Positions 21,666 through 34,779 of a stretch of DNA of 64,000 nucleotides are shown here, piece after piece. The stretch is from Octopus sinensis (lineage: Eukaryota): positions 1 through 64,000 of the forward strand of contig NW_021836128.1 in assembly GCF_006345805.1 (NCBI RefSeq), read 5' to 3'. The first letter of the stretch is position 1; each line of letters starts with the position of its first letter. The notes under the pieces are model-generated. The model had not been told where the DNA came from, made no database searches, and was given only the letters and a program-made list of their open reading frames with translations. The position numbers and the translations under genes are program-made.

Positions 21666-23800
21666 ATGGTCATAACGTGTTTTATTAATATAATTCACAT
21701 GATTTATCTCTATGCCAATTCTCTCCCTAAAAACTCAGTTTCTTTTAACTTGATGAGTGTTCTGAGTCAATCTTCTCTCCCTTTTCTCACAATGGAGGAC
21801 AAATTACTCATTATTGAGTTTCTATGTGAGCATTGTGAGTATTATGTGACTCATTGGCTGATTCCTGATTATACCGAGTGTCGAGAATGTGGAAAGTTTG
21901 TTTCTTTTAGAATTTATGGCAGAGCTAACAATCTGATGAATTGTCACCAATGTTGTGCTGCATTCCACTCCGAATGTGTTTCCAGTTTGCCTGATTCTGG
22001 CCAAGTTTGGGTTTGTTCTGCCTGCAGGAGTTTTATGGTATGAATTGAGTTCTCAGATGTAGATTGTGAGGGTTCATGATTTGGTTTTGAAAGAATCTTT
22101 ACTGCGAAGGGATAGAAATGGGAGGAAGTACTACTATATGGCCAGGAGAGTTGTGATGTAAGCACATTCCTTCATTTGTAGTCGTTCGAATTCCTCGGAT
22201 GACGTGTATTATTCGACCAAACTACAACTTAAACGACTAATTGAGTGTCTAAATGTCGAAATTGAGTGTGAGAGGAGTTTGGTTGATCTTCTGGGCAAAA
22301 ATTCGGATATTTCTCGTGCTTTCTCCGTAACTGAGACCCTGACAGACGAGGGTTCAAACATGTCCAAAAAACTTAGTTATATTCAACACGAAAAAGGTAT
22401 TTTGTCGAAATTAATATTCCAGCTAATGATATAAGCAGATCGGCTATTTCTATAAAAATAAATCCTAAAAAACCAAAGGATGATGTTGGATTTTGGAGAA
22501 CTAATTTAGATTCGAGTTATGATTGGAGAGGAGTGTAGAAGAGGTGGTGGATGGTGTTGGATTGGTTGTTGTAAACATCCTCGATCACGTCTTTTTCATA
22601 CAATCGGATTGTCGGTACTTTCTCGGAAGGTGGAGGAAATTAAGAACCGATCGAAGAACGGGGGTCTAATCCGAGGTGAGAATATTAGTGATGAAGACTA
22701 CAATAATGTAAAGTGTTGTGAAGTCATGATAGCAAATGAAAATTGTGTCTGTCTTGAATGAACTGGAGAGGTCGGATAATAATTTGCAACGACTGTATTA
22801 CCCGATTAGTGTGTCGAATGGGATAACAGAACATGGTATATATCCACATTGGTTTATCTATAATATATCTTAATTGACTGTCGTAGTTTGAATGGTATTC
22901 TTGACATTCGTCTCAAAGTATTGGAATCCCTGCGACTCCGTATTGTCCGTCAGTTTGAAATGAATTCTAACGATTCTGTTCGTTCTGATTTTAGCACTCC
23001 TTTACCACTCAGTTTATATTTGTATAAAATATTTAGTCTCGGTTTTCGATTCAAATTTGAGTTCGTTTACTAATTTGCTTAATTCATATCGAGAAAGTGA
23101 AACTAATAACTACTTTGATGTCGGCAGTGATGGTTCTTATACTCTGACTAGAAAGGTACATCATTTGTGAGATTGGACAAATAGATCTCTTCTCTTTGGT
23201 TTCTAGATACTGCAGATTCGTTTCCGTTAAAACTGTCCAATAAGAAGCCACTTTTATATCCATCAGATGACGTGGAGACATTTACGACATTGACTAATAA
23301 ACAGGGAATTTTTAATCTCTCTTCAAATTTACATCGAAGGTGATTGTTGTTTTTAGTTTTGGAAGACTGGGTCGTCGTGGAGGACTGTCTAAAATGATAT
23401 CGGGGTATTTGTATGATGACATATGCGATGATTTAAAATCCTGGTCTTCTGACTATTAGACCGTCATTCGGGACCGGTTGGAAGTATAGAACAATGTTTG
23501 CGCGTTCTTATTCCGAGATTGCATTTAAATTGGGAATATTAAATTTATCACTCCGGCAAGGAATGGTGTGTTTTATTAATAGATGGAAGGAAATGAATGC
23601 AAAACTAGTTTGTGATGGGAATGTTACAAGGACATCTCATTCGGCAACTATTACTGAAATAACGGACATGAAAGATGTTGATGATTTGCACAGGACGTTC
23701 ACCATTACTCGAGTTGTTAAAAATAATGAAAGTCAGAAGGGTAAAAATTAGTAAATCTATCTATATAGGGCACATCAAGACATTGAGACATTTACTGTAA
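21666..23800 (+). CDS. BPTF: BPTF/NURF301-like, N-terminal half only (WHIM1, PHD, WSD-like region, conserved RP.FG..W.YR block)
   Basis: PFLTMEDKLLIIEFL; PHD C..C..AFHSEC..W.C..C; RDRNGRKYYYMARR; YYSTKLQLKRLIECL; RPSFGTGWKYR..SLR|WKEM..TITEI. Introns 22038-22062, 22158-22181, GC-AG 23556-23582. One unresolved frame break near 23455. Confidence 0.8.
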
Positions 23801-24054
23801 TTTGATGGTTAATCACAAATATAGGAATCCGCTAAAAATAAATATGCACTTCCTCTGTGGCTGATCAGAGTATTTTGTAAATCGTTTGATTTTCGTTTTT
23901 ACGATCTTTAGTTATAATAAACGAAAGGCCACTCAGCCACTTCCTCCTCTGACATTCAAGACAACGGAAGGTATGTCCACTTGTATTATTTTAGGGATTT
24001 TGGACGTTTCCCGCGACACGGAGAAAACAGGGTGTAGTTTAATGGATAACTCGA

Positions 24055-25580
24055 GTGGACCGACGGTGTCTGGTTTGTCTATTTTGTGAGCCTGTAGATT
24101 CCTCGTCATCAGAGCCACAAAAGATAAAAGTATTTAAAGGACAGGATGGGGTTACCTACGTTCGAGGTTTGAAGGCAGGACAGAGGTTGGTGCAGATGGA
24201 GGATTCCGTTTGGTTTCTTCCAATTCCACCAATTCAGCCCAGCATATTCTGGAATGTCATCGAGGGTGTCAATCATTCTTATTATAAAAACAGAGAACTG
24301 GAAAAATATTTTTCCAGCCAGTTCGAGGCCCTCCACTCCAAACTCAGCAAAGTGCACTCGCAGACCCCGCCACTCCCCCCTAAAAAAGTGATAGGGAAAC
24401 TGGATGCCCAATTTGTGCAGAAAAGACTGGGGGATTTGCATGTATGAGTGATGAGGTGATGCAATTATTCCTCAATGGAGTGTTGGAAGACAAACTGCTC
24501 TCCCGCTATTGGGTTGTCCGGGAGTTCTTGGAGACGTACGAGAAGAGTCGAAACATAAACAGTAGTCCTCCACTCCGAAAATGCCTTTATCTTCTTCCAC
24601 AGCGACAACAACTGGACTGCCCATCGTCTCCTGACAGACATTGGTTGGCGGGGGTCCAAAAACTACTTTGTTGTGTCGAAAGTCTCCCACTGCAAGACCA
24701 ACTACCTGCTGCCCTTCGTACTCCCCCCTCGCCACCCAGACCGAGTACTCCCCCCACAGTCCCCAACCACTGTCGAAGCCGTCCTCACTCAAAAGTTCCA
24801 GGTGTGTGCCAATTGTGACCACCAGTGCCAGTTCATCGTCCCCGTCGTGTCCTCCCACTTTGCAGTGTCGGGGATGTACTCCACACACGTCTTCCTTTCC
24901 AACGGGTCAGTCCGGGATTGGCTAGAACAAGATGAACGCCTTCTTCATCCGCAATTGACCGAACACTTCTCTCCCGTCCTCGGGTATCAACACGTTGGGT
25001 CTCCACATCCTCCGTGCCCTCGAGTACTTGCACGCCCACGGACTGTTCCATGGCAATGTCCACCTCGGAAATGTCTTCTTCATCAACGGCATCTTCAAAC
25101 TGGCCGAAACAGAAAGTTCCTTTCTGGGTGTCTCGTCTTTTCATTGACCTCTGTGCGTGGATCACGGCAGTATTAAGGTTGGTGGGAGTGTCGAGGTAGT
25201 CCGCTACCGCATTCGACGTGTATTTGTACGCACACATGCTCTACGAGGCTGCCATCGGGCGCATTCTCATGGAAACATTCGTCGACGTTGAGTCAGTCTA
25301 CTTAAAAGACCAGGACTTGGGTAGACATGTCACTCATTTCTAGTGCCCGTCCTCTCCGCCGTCCTGGGAAAGCAGACACTCAAGTCGGGCATTCCGTTAT
25401 TCCAAAACTTGTCCAAATTCAAGTAGTGTGCGTTCTCATCCCACAGATACTACCGAAATGTGTCCGACGAGTATGTCTCCAATCCTATCCACGTCCCACC
25501 AAAATGCAGGGATTGCTCGAGGCCCACTCGGCCAGTTGGCTGCAACGCCTCCTCGGTGATCGGAAGACTGTAATTTGTTA
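24055..25580 (+). CDS. PXK: PX-domain-containing kinase-like protein (PXK/SLOB family)
   Basis: PLPPKKVIGKLDAQFVQKR (PX), DIGWRGSKNYF, LEYLHAHGLFHGNVHLGNV, FDVYLYAHMLYE. Several short introns; some frame breaks unresolved. Confidence 0.8.
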
Positions 25581-26848
25581 AGTCAGTTTCCAGATAAAAA
25601 AGGTAAGTATACAAACAAGGTGTCCTCACTTCCTCGAGAAGAAAGGAACAAAATATTATCTCGCCATAAAGTCTGTTTTGAGTGGAGAATTGACTAGAAA
25701 CAAATTTCCTCGAAGGAGAGTAACTCGGATGTGAAAGAGGAGTCTCCTGTCTTCCCTGCCCCCCATCCATCAATGGAATTGTCGAGAATACACCAAGACC
25801 CTTCCTTGCCGATATTCGAAAGTTTCAAAAAGATTAATTTGGAATGTTCATATTTTATTATCATGGAAATTAAGTTTTTGCTTGTCTGAGATGGATGTGC
25901 CTCGTGTTTTGGAGGATATGATTTGTCAGCAAAGGGGATTAAATAATGAAATGACTGGAATAGCACACAAGTGTCACTGCGTGATCAGAGAGATTACTTG
26001 TCGGTTAAAAAGGCCAAACCTAATTTTAAAAAAGCGCTTATCTGTTGTACTACAACGACTCAGTTTAACCCGATTGAGTCTGAATTGTCGCATTCGTAGG
26101 AATATCGAGCTTGTAATGATCAGAGGACAATTGGTGTCCCACGATTAGAAGGGAATATACTGCGCGTGCTGAATTCTCCGTATTTTGCGGCCAAGCCTAT
26201 TAGTTTTGGGCGATGGTCTTATACAAAATACATACAATGGATGCCGACATGGAAAACAAGATGTTTACTAAATTCATTGATCAACCTTGTGTGTTGATGG
26301 ATGAAATAATTCCCGACAATCTTTTTAATAGTCCCATCGGGGTGTTTAGTGAGCAAATTGCAAGTATAATATATAATTATCGAGTCCTCCCACCCGAACA
26401 GCTCTATTGCCTGGCAGAATATGCTTATCCCCTCCCTGCCTATTTGGGAGACAAATCTCAACATAACTTCCTCCTATTCTTCCTCCTCCAACACACCCCG
26501 CAAGGACCGACCAAAATTTTGTCAGTTTTCCCTTCCAGTACTGATTGGGTGTGGAGACTGGCGGCCATTTCTCATTGATGGAGGGAAGTATAGCCAAATT
26601 CGTCATTGGGGGAATAATTACGTGGATTATTTGTGACGGGAAATTGTAGTTGCATTGAAATTGACATTTCAGTTGTCCACACTTTCTCGAATGGCCAGGG
26701 AAACCAAATTGAGAGAACACATGGCCCGCATTTGGAGTGGGGTGATCAATGTGATTACTCGGTTGATGAATTTAAGTTGTACTGCCACTACTCGGGGTGT
26801 GCTTTGGACTGTAAGCATATCTCCTTCTTCTACCACATCACCCCCATT

Positions 26849-28870
26849 TCAAATACCCAAATCTAACACCTTCTTATTAAACTCTCGAATAAAGTTCATT
26901 CTGTCACTGTCATCACTAAGCTCTCTCAAATCTCCAATTCTTATATCAAATTTACTTTGGACCAAATATGGAATATATGAACTGGGTTGGACATATTGGA
27001 CATTTATGTGTTCTCCCTGTTCTTTTTTACACTCATTAGAAACATCTATTTTATCCTCACAAAGTCTTGCCTTACTAGCCAAATCAACTGCATTTTCTGA
27101 AACTGGAATACACTTTTATCGACACCTTCTGATGTACATTGAGAACTCTCACAAACTGTCCGCATTCCCACAAAATTATTCTTCACTTGTCTTAACAACA
27201 ACCACAGAGTCACTTCGTCAAAAACCTCGTCAAATCGATTCTAAAAAACTAACATTTCTTTCAAAATTCCAGCCAACGTAGTGGACTGTGTAGTGCTTCC
27301 CGTCCTCCCTTTCTTCCACTGCCGCGACCTTCTAATTACCAGAAATGACTACCTTCACATTGTAGGACATGTTCGAGTCTTCTGACAATATTTCAAACAC
27401 ATTTCCTACCAAAATGTATTGATCTCTCAACCTGCAGTACTCCTCATCTTTCACAAACGACTCAAACTCCTAAAAAATATTTAAAACTAAAATTTGACCA
27501 TTTTTGAAATTTTTTTTCGCGGTGCTGGATTTGTGGTCATCTTGGAATGCAAAAATACTCTTTTCTACACAAATAATAAAATCTCGAACTTTTCGTGGAG
27601 TGAAGGACTGTCGAATTACTCTCACGTTATTCTCCCTCCAAGAAACACCGGAAATAATACCCGTCGATCTATTGTGGACAAAAAACCCAAATTTTTTTAT
27701 CAAAATCTTCAAATTGACTCAAATATCTATAAAATGTGAATCGTAGATTACTTCATATAGGCTTGTTTGATTTGGTGAGTTTCACATTCGTAATCCTTCA
27801 TTTTCTCCCGAACAAAATGCCACTTTGTATCGCGGGAAACCTTCTTTATTACACATTTTATGACCTCCGTAGTTTTTTACCACTCGAAAAAATTCGTAGA
27901 AATCAAGTTCTTTTCCACCAAGCATAGGAGTTGTGGTTATCGGCGAAGCACAGTCTTCAAAAAACTTGTAGAAATGAGCCACAAACAAATCCTTGTGTTC
28001 TCGATCGCAATGTTTGTCAGAGGACGAGGAATAAGACACAGACTTGAATAAATTAATCCATTTACATTGGTAATTCAATCTGACTGTTTGTTTCTCCAGA
28101 TTGGCCTAATAATTCGTTTTTTGACCAGTTTTCAGGGAGATTGTCCAAATCGTAATAAATGCAGGCCTTTTCGACTGCTTTGAACAAACTGGTATTCAAC
28201 GGTGCCCTTGTCTTACTTCTATTGAAGGTAGACAACTCAGATTTATCCACAACCACACTAATTCTTATTCAATCCCTCTACAATTCATCGTTGTAAAATG
28301 AACAAACAAGAACTTGTGTCCCAACCAATCCTTCTCCCAAAGAATTGGCCGAATTTACACAGACCAGGCCAAGATGGGCCAATTCATCCTCTCCTGAGGG
28401 TTCTAGCCAAATTACGTCCCCGATGGCCACAGTCTCAGTCAAAGATGACTTTGGGGCACTGTGGTTAGAAATGAAGGGAAATAACCCAATTAGTTGTTTT
28501 TTACGGACAATTTTTTTGGGGGGATGATTTTTTTCTTCGATTGGATTTTTGTCAATTTCAGAAAAATATTCAAATTTTGGTTCGTTTATATTTATGAGTT
28601 GTTTTATGGATAAAGTCCGCTCTTCTCCGTCATCAAAAACTTTTATTTTTTTAATTAGGGATAACCCACGGTATATTCACTCAGGTCGTAAAATTTGACT
28701 ACAGTGACTTCTCTCTCGCCTGTTCCGCTGGGATCTCGCACACGGATGAGAGAGGAGGGCTAGAATATAATGATGTTTATATTTACAGTTAAATTTCCTA
28801 AAATATGGTCTTTGTAGTCTACTTTAAATGTTTTTCCGTCTTTATCTTGTACCTTAGTTTAGTGAGGTTT
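26849..28870 (-). CDS. ARID4: ARID4A/B (RBBP1)-like chromatin protein
   Basis: Tudor EYTV|VFDDGEERTL, RBB1NT-like FKAVEKACIYY..LPENW, ARID FYKFFEDCASPI..PMLGGKELDFYEFFRVVKNYGG, chromobarrel YTVHYVGWN. Domain order matches ARID4; 5' and 3' ends uncertain. Confidence 0.8.
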
Positions 28871-29739
28871 GATTAGGGTACGTTTATTGAAATTTAAAAA
28901 TATTAAAAATTAATCATTGTATTTATTTGCAAAATTTTTTAAGGTCAATAATAAATATAATTCTTTAATAACAGAACAATGAATTCTGATATCAATTCAG
29001 ATAAATTGGTTAACGAACAATACTTATCTCTCGTTTATCGTTTAGATTGATGAACGCCTTCATCACAATTATCAAGAAAGAAAACGACGAAATAAAATAA
29101 AAAAAAGTTTTCAGAATCTGAATCAAATCATCCCAAATTCAGACAGAAATGTAATTCTTACGTTTGATGTAAATAGATTTCTAGACGTAATCTTTTAAAG
29201 GCTTCTAAGCAGTACATATCGCTACTATTTGAACGCTCGGATAGGTTGAGAATCAGCAACGAATGTATAGAAAATAAAATAAAACATCTTGAAAATATAT
29301 TTTTTCATTCTCCAGATTTAAAATTAGAAAACTTTTGCTTAAATGAGCTAATAAAAATGAACGAAATGAGGGAGCAATTAAATCAAGGTAATTTTGAATA
29401 TTCACTAATTCAAAAGAACATAATTTCAATGAAATAAAAAAATGATCTAAAAGTTTATTATCTTGATTAATTTTCTGTTAATTTTATTTGTGTAAAGTTC
29501 ACACTTGAATTATTGGCATTTTTTAAATTCCGAAAGAATTACTTATTTCTTAAATTATATTTAATTATTTTCTTAAGAAATTATATTAATAAAAGATTAA
29601 AAATATATTTATAAGCTAAAATTTATCTGGAACTCTTATTTTTTTAAAGAGCATTACGTTTAAATTTTGTAATTAGTTTTTATTATGACAATATTGTTTT
29701 TGATTTTTTATGTTTCAGACGGTCTTACATACACAGTAT

Positions 29740-30326
29740 GGTTTTTGCTTTTTATATAAAATCTTGGCCTATCTTGGTCCAGATTTTTTGGTCAGCATCG
29801 CATACGTCGACCCGGGAAACATTGAATCTGATTTGAGAACAGGAAAGTTGGCGGGATATTAAGTGGTCCCTATTTCGCAATTTCTAGCTTTTGTGGCTGT
29901 TGTTGTTTTCCACAATTTTGGGTGCAGTTTTTCAACGACTGGCTCTCCGTCTGGGAGTTGTCACTGAAAAGGATTTAGCGCAGAACTGTCAATTATATTT
30001 GCCCAAAGCAGTAAATATAACAATGTGGATTGTGGGCTCGTACATGCAGGAAGTGATCGGGACCTCGATTGCCTTATATATTCTTTTTCCCAAAAGTAGT
30101 CGACTTCTGGAATGTCTAGGATCCCACTCCACTTATGATAACTGTTTTTGATACTTTTATTTTCTTGCTTGTGGACTGTTACGGATTCAGGAAATTGGAA
30201 TTTCTGTTTGCTTCAGGGGTGTTGCTGATGGGAATAATGTTCGAATATTTGGTATTCTATTTCCCCTACCTCCAGTACATTGTGAGCGGCCCCAACCAAG
30301 AGCAAATCATTCAAGGAATGTTCTAG
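29740..30326 (+). pseudogene. SLC11A: NRAMP/DMT1 (SLC11) metal transporter, N-terminal half, apparently damaged
   Basis: [37 protein letters not shown]. In-frame TAA before the first intron, GPG->GPD, loss of the ELAII segment, ORF stops after about TM5. Confidence 0.75.
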
Positions 30327-30649
30327 CCACTTTTCAACAAATTTTGTGATCATTTTATATACTTAAAAAAATATTTGCAGAGTATTTTATTGGTGAATTT
30401 TTCAGTTTGTACGAATAGCCATGATCATATCAGAATCTTTAATAAATTCGGGTTTGATTGTTAAAGGGAGTCGAATACTGATAATTTTCAACGTTTCATA
30501 TTTTTCACACACAAAAATAATAAAAAACTGTAAACATTTTGGACCGGAGAACTTGTCTAAACTGGACCCTGATAGGACCACGAAAATTGTCAGGTTTATG
30601 GAGAGGTTTGGTTTACCAAGGTTTTTATATTTATAAAAATCATCTTATC

Positions 30650-32004
30650 AGATGGACTTTAAATAAGATTCTATTTATTAAGAAAATCTATCAGAATTTG
30701 TGAATAAAATTAAGTTTGTGAACTGTTTAGTATTAACTATTAATGCCTTTGTTATGAAGTTACAACTGTGGAAAGAAAAATTTGAACTGAATGATTTTAT
30801 TATGTTTGAATCTTTTAAAAAATTTGCTAAAATAGATCAATTTGAAACCAAAAAATACTCGACCTTATTTATGCACATTTAACAGATATTCAAAAAAAGT
30901 AAATAAATACTTTCCAGAATTGGCCAATTTTGATTTAAAATTAATTCGTACAATAAATAAATACAGTGAAACCTCTCGAATCCGCTGCTTCTCGAATCCG
31001 CCGCTTCTCGAATCCGCTTGTTTTAATCAAAAATTTGAAATTTCCTATGAATGATTCTTGAATCCGCTTGTTTCTCGAATCCGCTCCTCAAGTATTATGA
31101 AAAATAATTTTTTTATCTAATTGTAAGTTAAATTAATTAACATTTTAAAATTTTCATTACACGTTAAATTGTATTTTTGTGATGCGTCGCTGTGTTAGAC
31201 TTTCTATCAACGAAAAAATTTCTATACTACGTTATATTTCTGACAACCCATTCGTTTCTGCACCTCAAATTTCCAAGATTGTTTCTTCACGGTTAAAAAA
31301 GAAAATTTCTCCGAGAACTATAAACGACCTTAAATCAAAATCGGACCTTTTGAATAGGACTGACATCAAAAAATTAAACATAACGAGAATTCCAAAACTC
31401 AAATTTAATGAAATTGATGTAGCGATGATAACATGGATTAACTTAATGGAATCTAGTGGAGCAATTCTATCAGATTCGATGTTAATTGCAAGTTCATATT
31501 GCAAGTTCTTAATCTATATTGTAAGTTCATATTTCAACTATAAAATATTATTTAAATTGCCTCTCGAATCCGCCGATTTCTCGAATCCGCCGATTTTTTG
31601 GTCGGTCCCAAAATCGGCGGATTCGAGAGGTTTTACTGTACTTTCCCGATTCACATCTAGTCGATGAAAATATTCAAGAGGCTTTTATTGATATAATCAA
31701 TATTTTGATTACTAAAGAATTGTATGATAAACTTCCTTTGTCAGAATTTTGGTGAGAAATGTGTAATTTTTATCCTTTCGTAAGCGGATTAGATTTTTTG
31801 CTTATTTTCCGAGAACCTTCAACACTTCTCGATATAAAAGAAGATGACTTGAAAAAATTGCATCAAAAAACATCAACCTTCTCATTAATTTTATTTTCTT
31901 TTTTAATAATAAATTGTGTTTTTAAAAAGTAATCTTTTTCTGGGAATTATTTTATTCGGTTTAGAGAGAGATCCGGTATATTTAAATGCCGGTTAAGACC
32001 ACTG
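30650..32004 (+). mobile_element. hAT-like transposon 3' remnant hosting a pogo derivative
   Basis: INAFVMKLQLW and NKYFPE peptides; terminal ACCACTG at 31998-32004. Confidence 0.55.
30964..31638 (+). mobile_element. Internally deleted pogo/Tigger element
   Basis: TIRs CAGTGAAACCTCTCGAATCCGC / GCGGATTCGAGAGGTTTTACTG; TA TSD (30962-63, 31639-40); CENP-B-like HTH ORF 31179 onward. Empty site near 5320. Confidence 0.92.
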
Positions 32005-32119
32005 TACTTTTTATTTTCTTTTAATTATTATTAAACTAATTTAAAAAAAAATAACAGCCAATTGATTGTAACGTTAACAATTGATTTAAGTATTTTATAA
32101 CTTTGTAATACAGTTATTG

Positions 32120-33820
32120 CATAGATGGAAGAAGCTCCCTACAGAAAAAGATCTCTGATGCAGTTGTTGACTTTTTTGGCATATCAGAAAATGGTTCAGA
32201 CCAAGATTGGGACAATCAAAGAACTTATTTTATGAACAGGAGCTTCATGAGGGGAAACACTACACAGGAAACCCATTCCGTGGACAGTCCACACAGAAAC
32301 AAACCATCTATTGTAGAATTGGCTACCCACAAAATACTAATGTGGACATTGCAGAGTATATTGTCCAGTCTAATAGCGAATGTGCAGAATAGAGGCACTC
32401 GAGACTGTTCCCTATTGGTCATGATTGTGTCTCATTCTCAGACTGCGGCCAAACACGTCGCCCGCCTGGTGGACATATCTCTCGTCCGGTCGTCCCTTCT
32501 TCGTATTATGTACATGCACCAACTCAACATGTGTATGTGTGAGTGTAGTCTTCGATGCCCTCACATTACCTGCGACCAGCATTCCGTCCTTCTTCTAGTG
32601 GAGGCCCTGTGTCGAAGGCCTCCCAATGGGTGGAGTAATATACACAGAATGCATGGAAGGGGCAGAAAACAGAGACAGGGCAGTCTAGTCATTCCGAGCT
32701 GCCTGCAAGGCCAATCCTGCTGCCTCCGTTTTCGAGGGACTATGTGACAAATATTTGGGTGAGTAGAATGCTCATTCTACTCTTGTCTCCTTCCGAAGTG
32801 ATCAAGAAGGAGGCTGTTTTGTAATGCATGGGGTATTTGGCACAGTCCAGTGCAGTCACTGACCAGTTGTGTGAATGTGTCTTTCGTTCTTTACTGTCTC
32901 TGATGAGTGAGACCAATTCTGTGCGTGTCCTCGATGATTAGGACTGGATGGAGTCTGTTCAAATGTACTCCCAACATTACTCATTCGGTGTCAGGAGAGC
33001 ATTTTCAGATATGATCGACTGTGGACTATAGTGGGCTATACTGGTGGGGAATTTAGTTATTAATTCATTCGAGGGTATCATTTATTCATTATTGGTAGAA
33101 CTTGATCAATCACATTATTTAGTGGAGTGATCGTGTTCTCAGTCTGAAGGGGGGAATTTCTCCCCCTCCTCGAAATGCTGAGTGTTTTGGAGCAAACTCG
33201 TCCCTCTGTGTGCTACACTATTGGCATATTCCTCGACAAGTCCATAGTGCTGTATTCCAGAAATGGTTGTATTTGGAATTAATGCCTCAGTCGGACTTGA
33301 CGTGGCCCATCGTTATTATCTATTTTCACAAATTGTTTGTTCTTGGTGACAAATTGACATGTCATTTTCCGGAGTCCATTGGTGACATTCTGAAGTGTGT
33401 GCTCTATTTGTTTGACAGTTTGGAACATGCCAGACTCAATGTTATTCTTTTGTGCCATTGTAGAGAAAATGTTTGTCCGTCTGCTGTGTTTTCTCTCCCT
33501 AGCGTTTCCGAAGAGTCCTCCGTGTTATTTTAAACTCAGTGGACGACCTGGAGAATGTCCTGCCGTACCTCTTTCACCCCAGATTGTGTAGTACCACATT
33601 CTGATGGTTATAGACAATGTTAACTATTTGTGAGCCAATTATGACATTTTCTCGATTCCCGTGTCATTATGTGTCAATTTCCGTCCACTATACAGACTCA
33701 TTAGTATATTCCACCATCTTCCATTGTAAGAGATACCTCTCTGGTCTATTTTCAGTGTCTTCCAAACTATCTTCTCGAGTATTGATTTCATCAAAAAGCA
33801 GTTGGCGGCTATAAACCATG
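32120..33820 (+). pseudogene. Possible iRhom-like gene, degenerate copy 2
   Basis: Duplicate of 7569-9200 with different indels; same motif-level assignment. Confidence 0.4.
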
Positions 33821-34779
33821 ATTAAAAATTGATATATCAATTATCATGTCATCTTCTGAACGCAGCAAATAACACGTAGAGGGCTACTAAAAGTAGAGGG
33901 CCGTCAGAATAGTTAGATGATAGAGACTATGATGACTAGAAAAGTTTTGAAACAACACTCGGAACCCACAGAGAGATCCATTATCCCCCATTCTGTTTGT
34001 TATCTCTTTGGAAAAGGTACAAATATGATACTTTATGCAGGTAGTGGACTATTCGTTTTATTCAAATGAAATTTGATTTATTGCTGTGAGGTGAAATAAA
34101 GAAAAAAAGTGAGCAACGATGATGGAAGTGAATTATTGCATAATTAAAAAGTAGTGCAAATATCTACTAACATGAATCTTCCTAATTTGTTCGCAACCCT
34201 AATTTGTTGGTGTATAGTTCATCATGGGATGTCTTATTGATATAAATAAAATTTATATTTATTAAAAATTGTTTAATTAGAATATTTTTAATGGAAAGCC
34301 TAATGGTAATAATTTAGAGCACGCTGATACACTTAGTTGATTTAGTTTGTTGTTGTTTTTATTTTTTTCTATATTGGTTTATTTCTATTGATTATGAAGG
34401 AATAATTCTTATGAACTTTAATTTTGTGATTATACAGTTTTAAATTTCATCATTTTTATATTTTATTTTGATTTATTCCTTTCAAGTCAATTTCTATTAA
34501 AATTTTTTTTTTATATTTGCCCTTTTATACTTTAATATGACTTGATTATCATAATATTTATACATTCTGGTAAAATCAAAGAACAATCTATTATGTCACG
34601 ATCGGCTCATATGGGTGGGCGACACGTATGGCTATACCCATTTATTTTTTAATTTTGATTGGCAAATATAGTATTAAATATTAATACAATATTAATTCTA
34701 AAATATTATGGCAAACCATCAAGTTTTATCATATTTTTCGAACCACTTACTGTAGATTATTTGGACACAAGGATGTTAT

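Larger units (their letters stand above)
30830..34453 (+). repeat. Segmental duplication block B, copy 2
   Basis: Matches 5190-5768 plus 7533-9832. Confidence 0.9.

Noticed and set aside
24442-24464. Non-canonical GT-AA 23-nt intron in PXK (removal would align well with PXK)
   Set aside because: PXK has another unresolved frame break ~100 bp downstream and the assembly shows single-base errors, so one G->A miscall explains it. Needs cDNA.
25880-26830. CFAP20-like gene suggested by the short matches NCRIRR and EFKLY
   Set aside because: The matches are short, out of order and in different frames. The region may be the ARID4 3' part or another gene.
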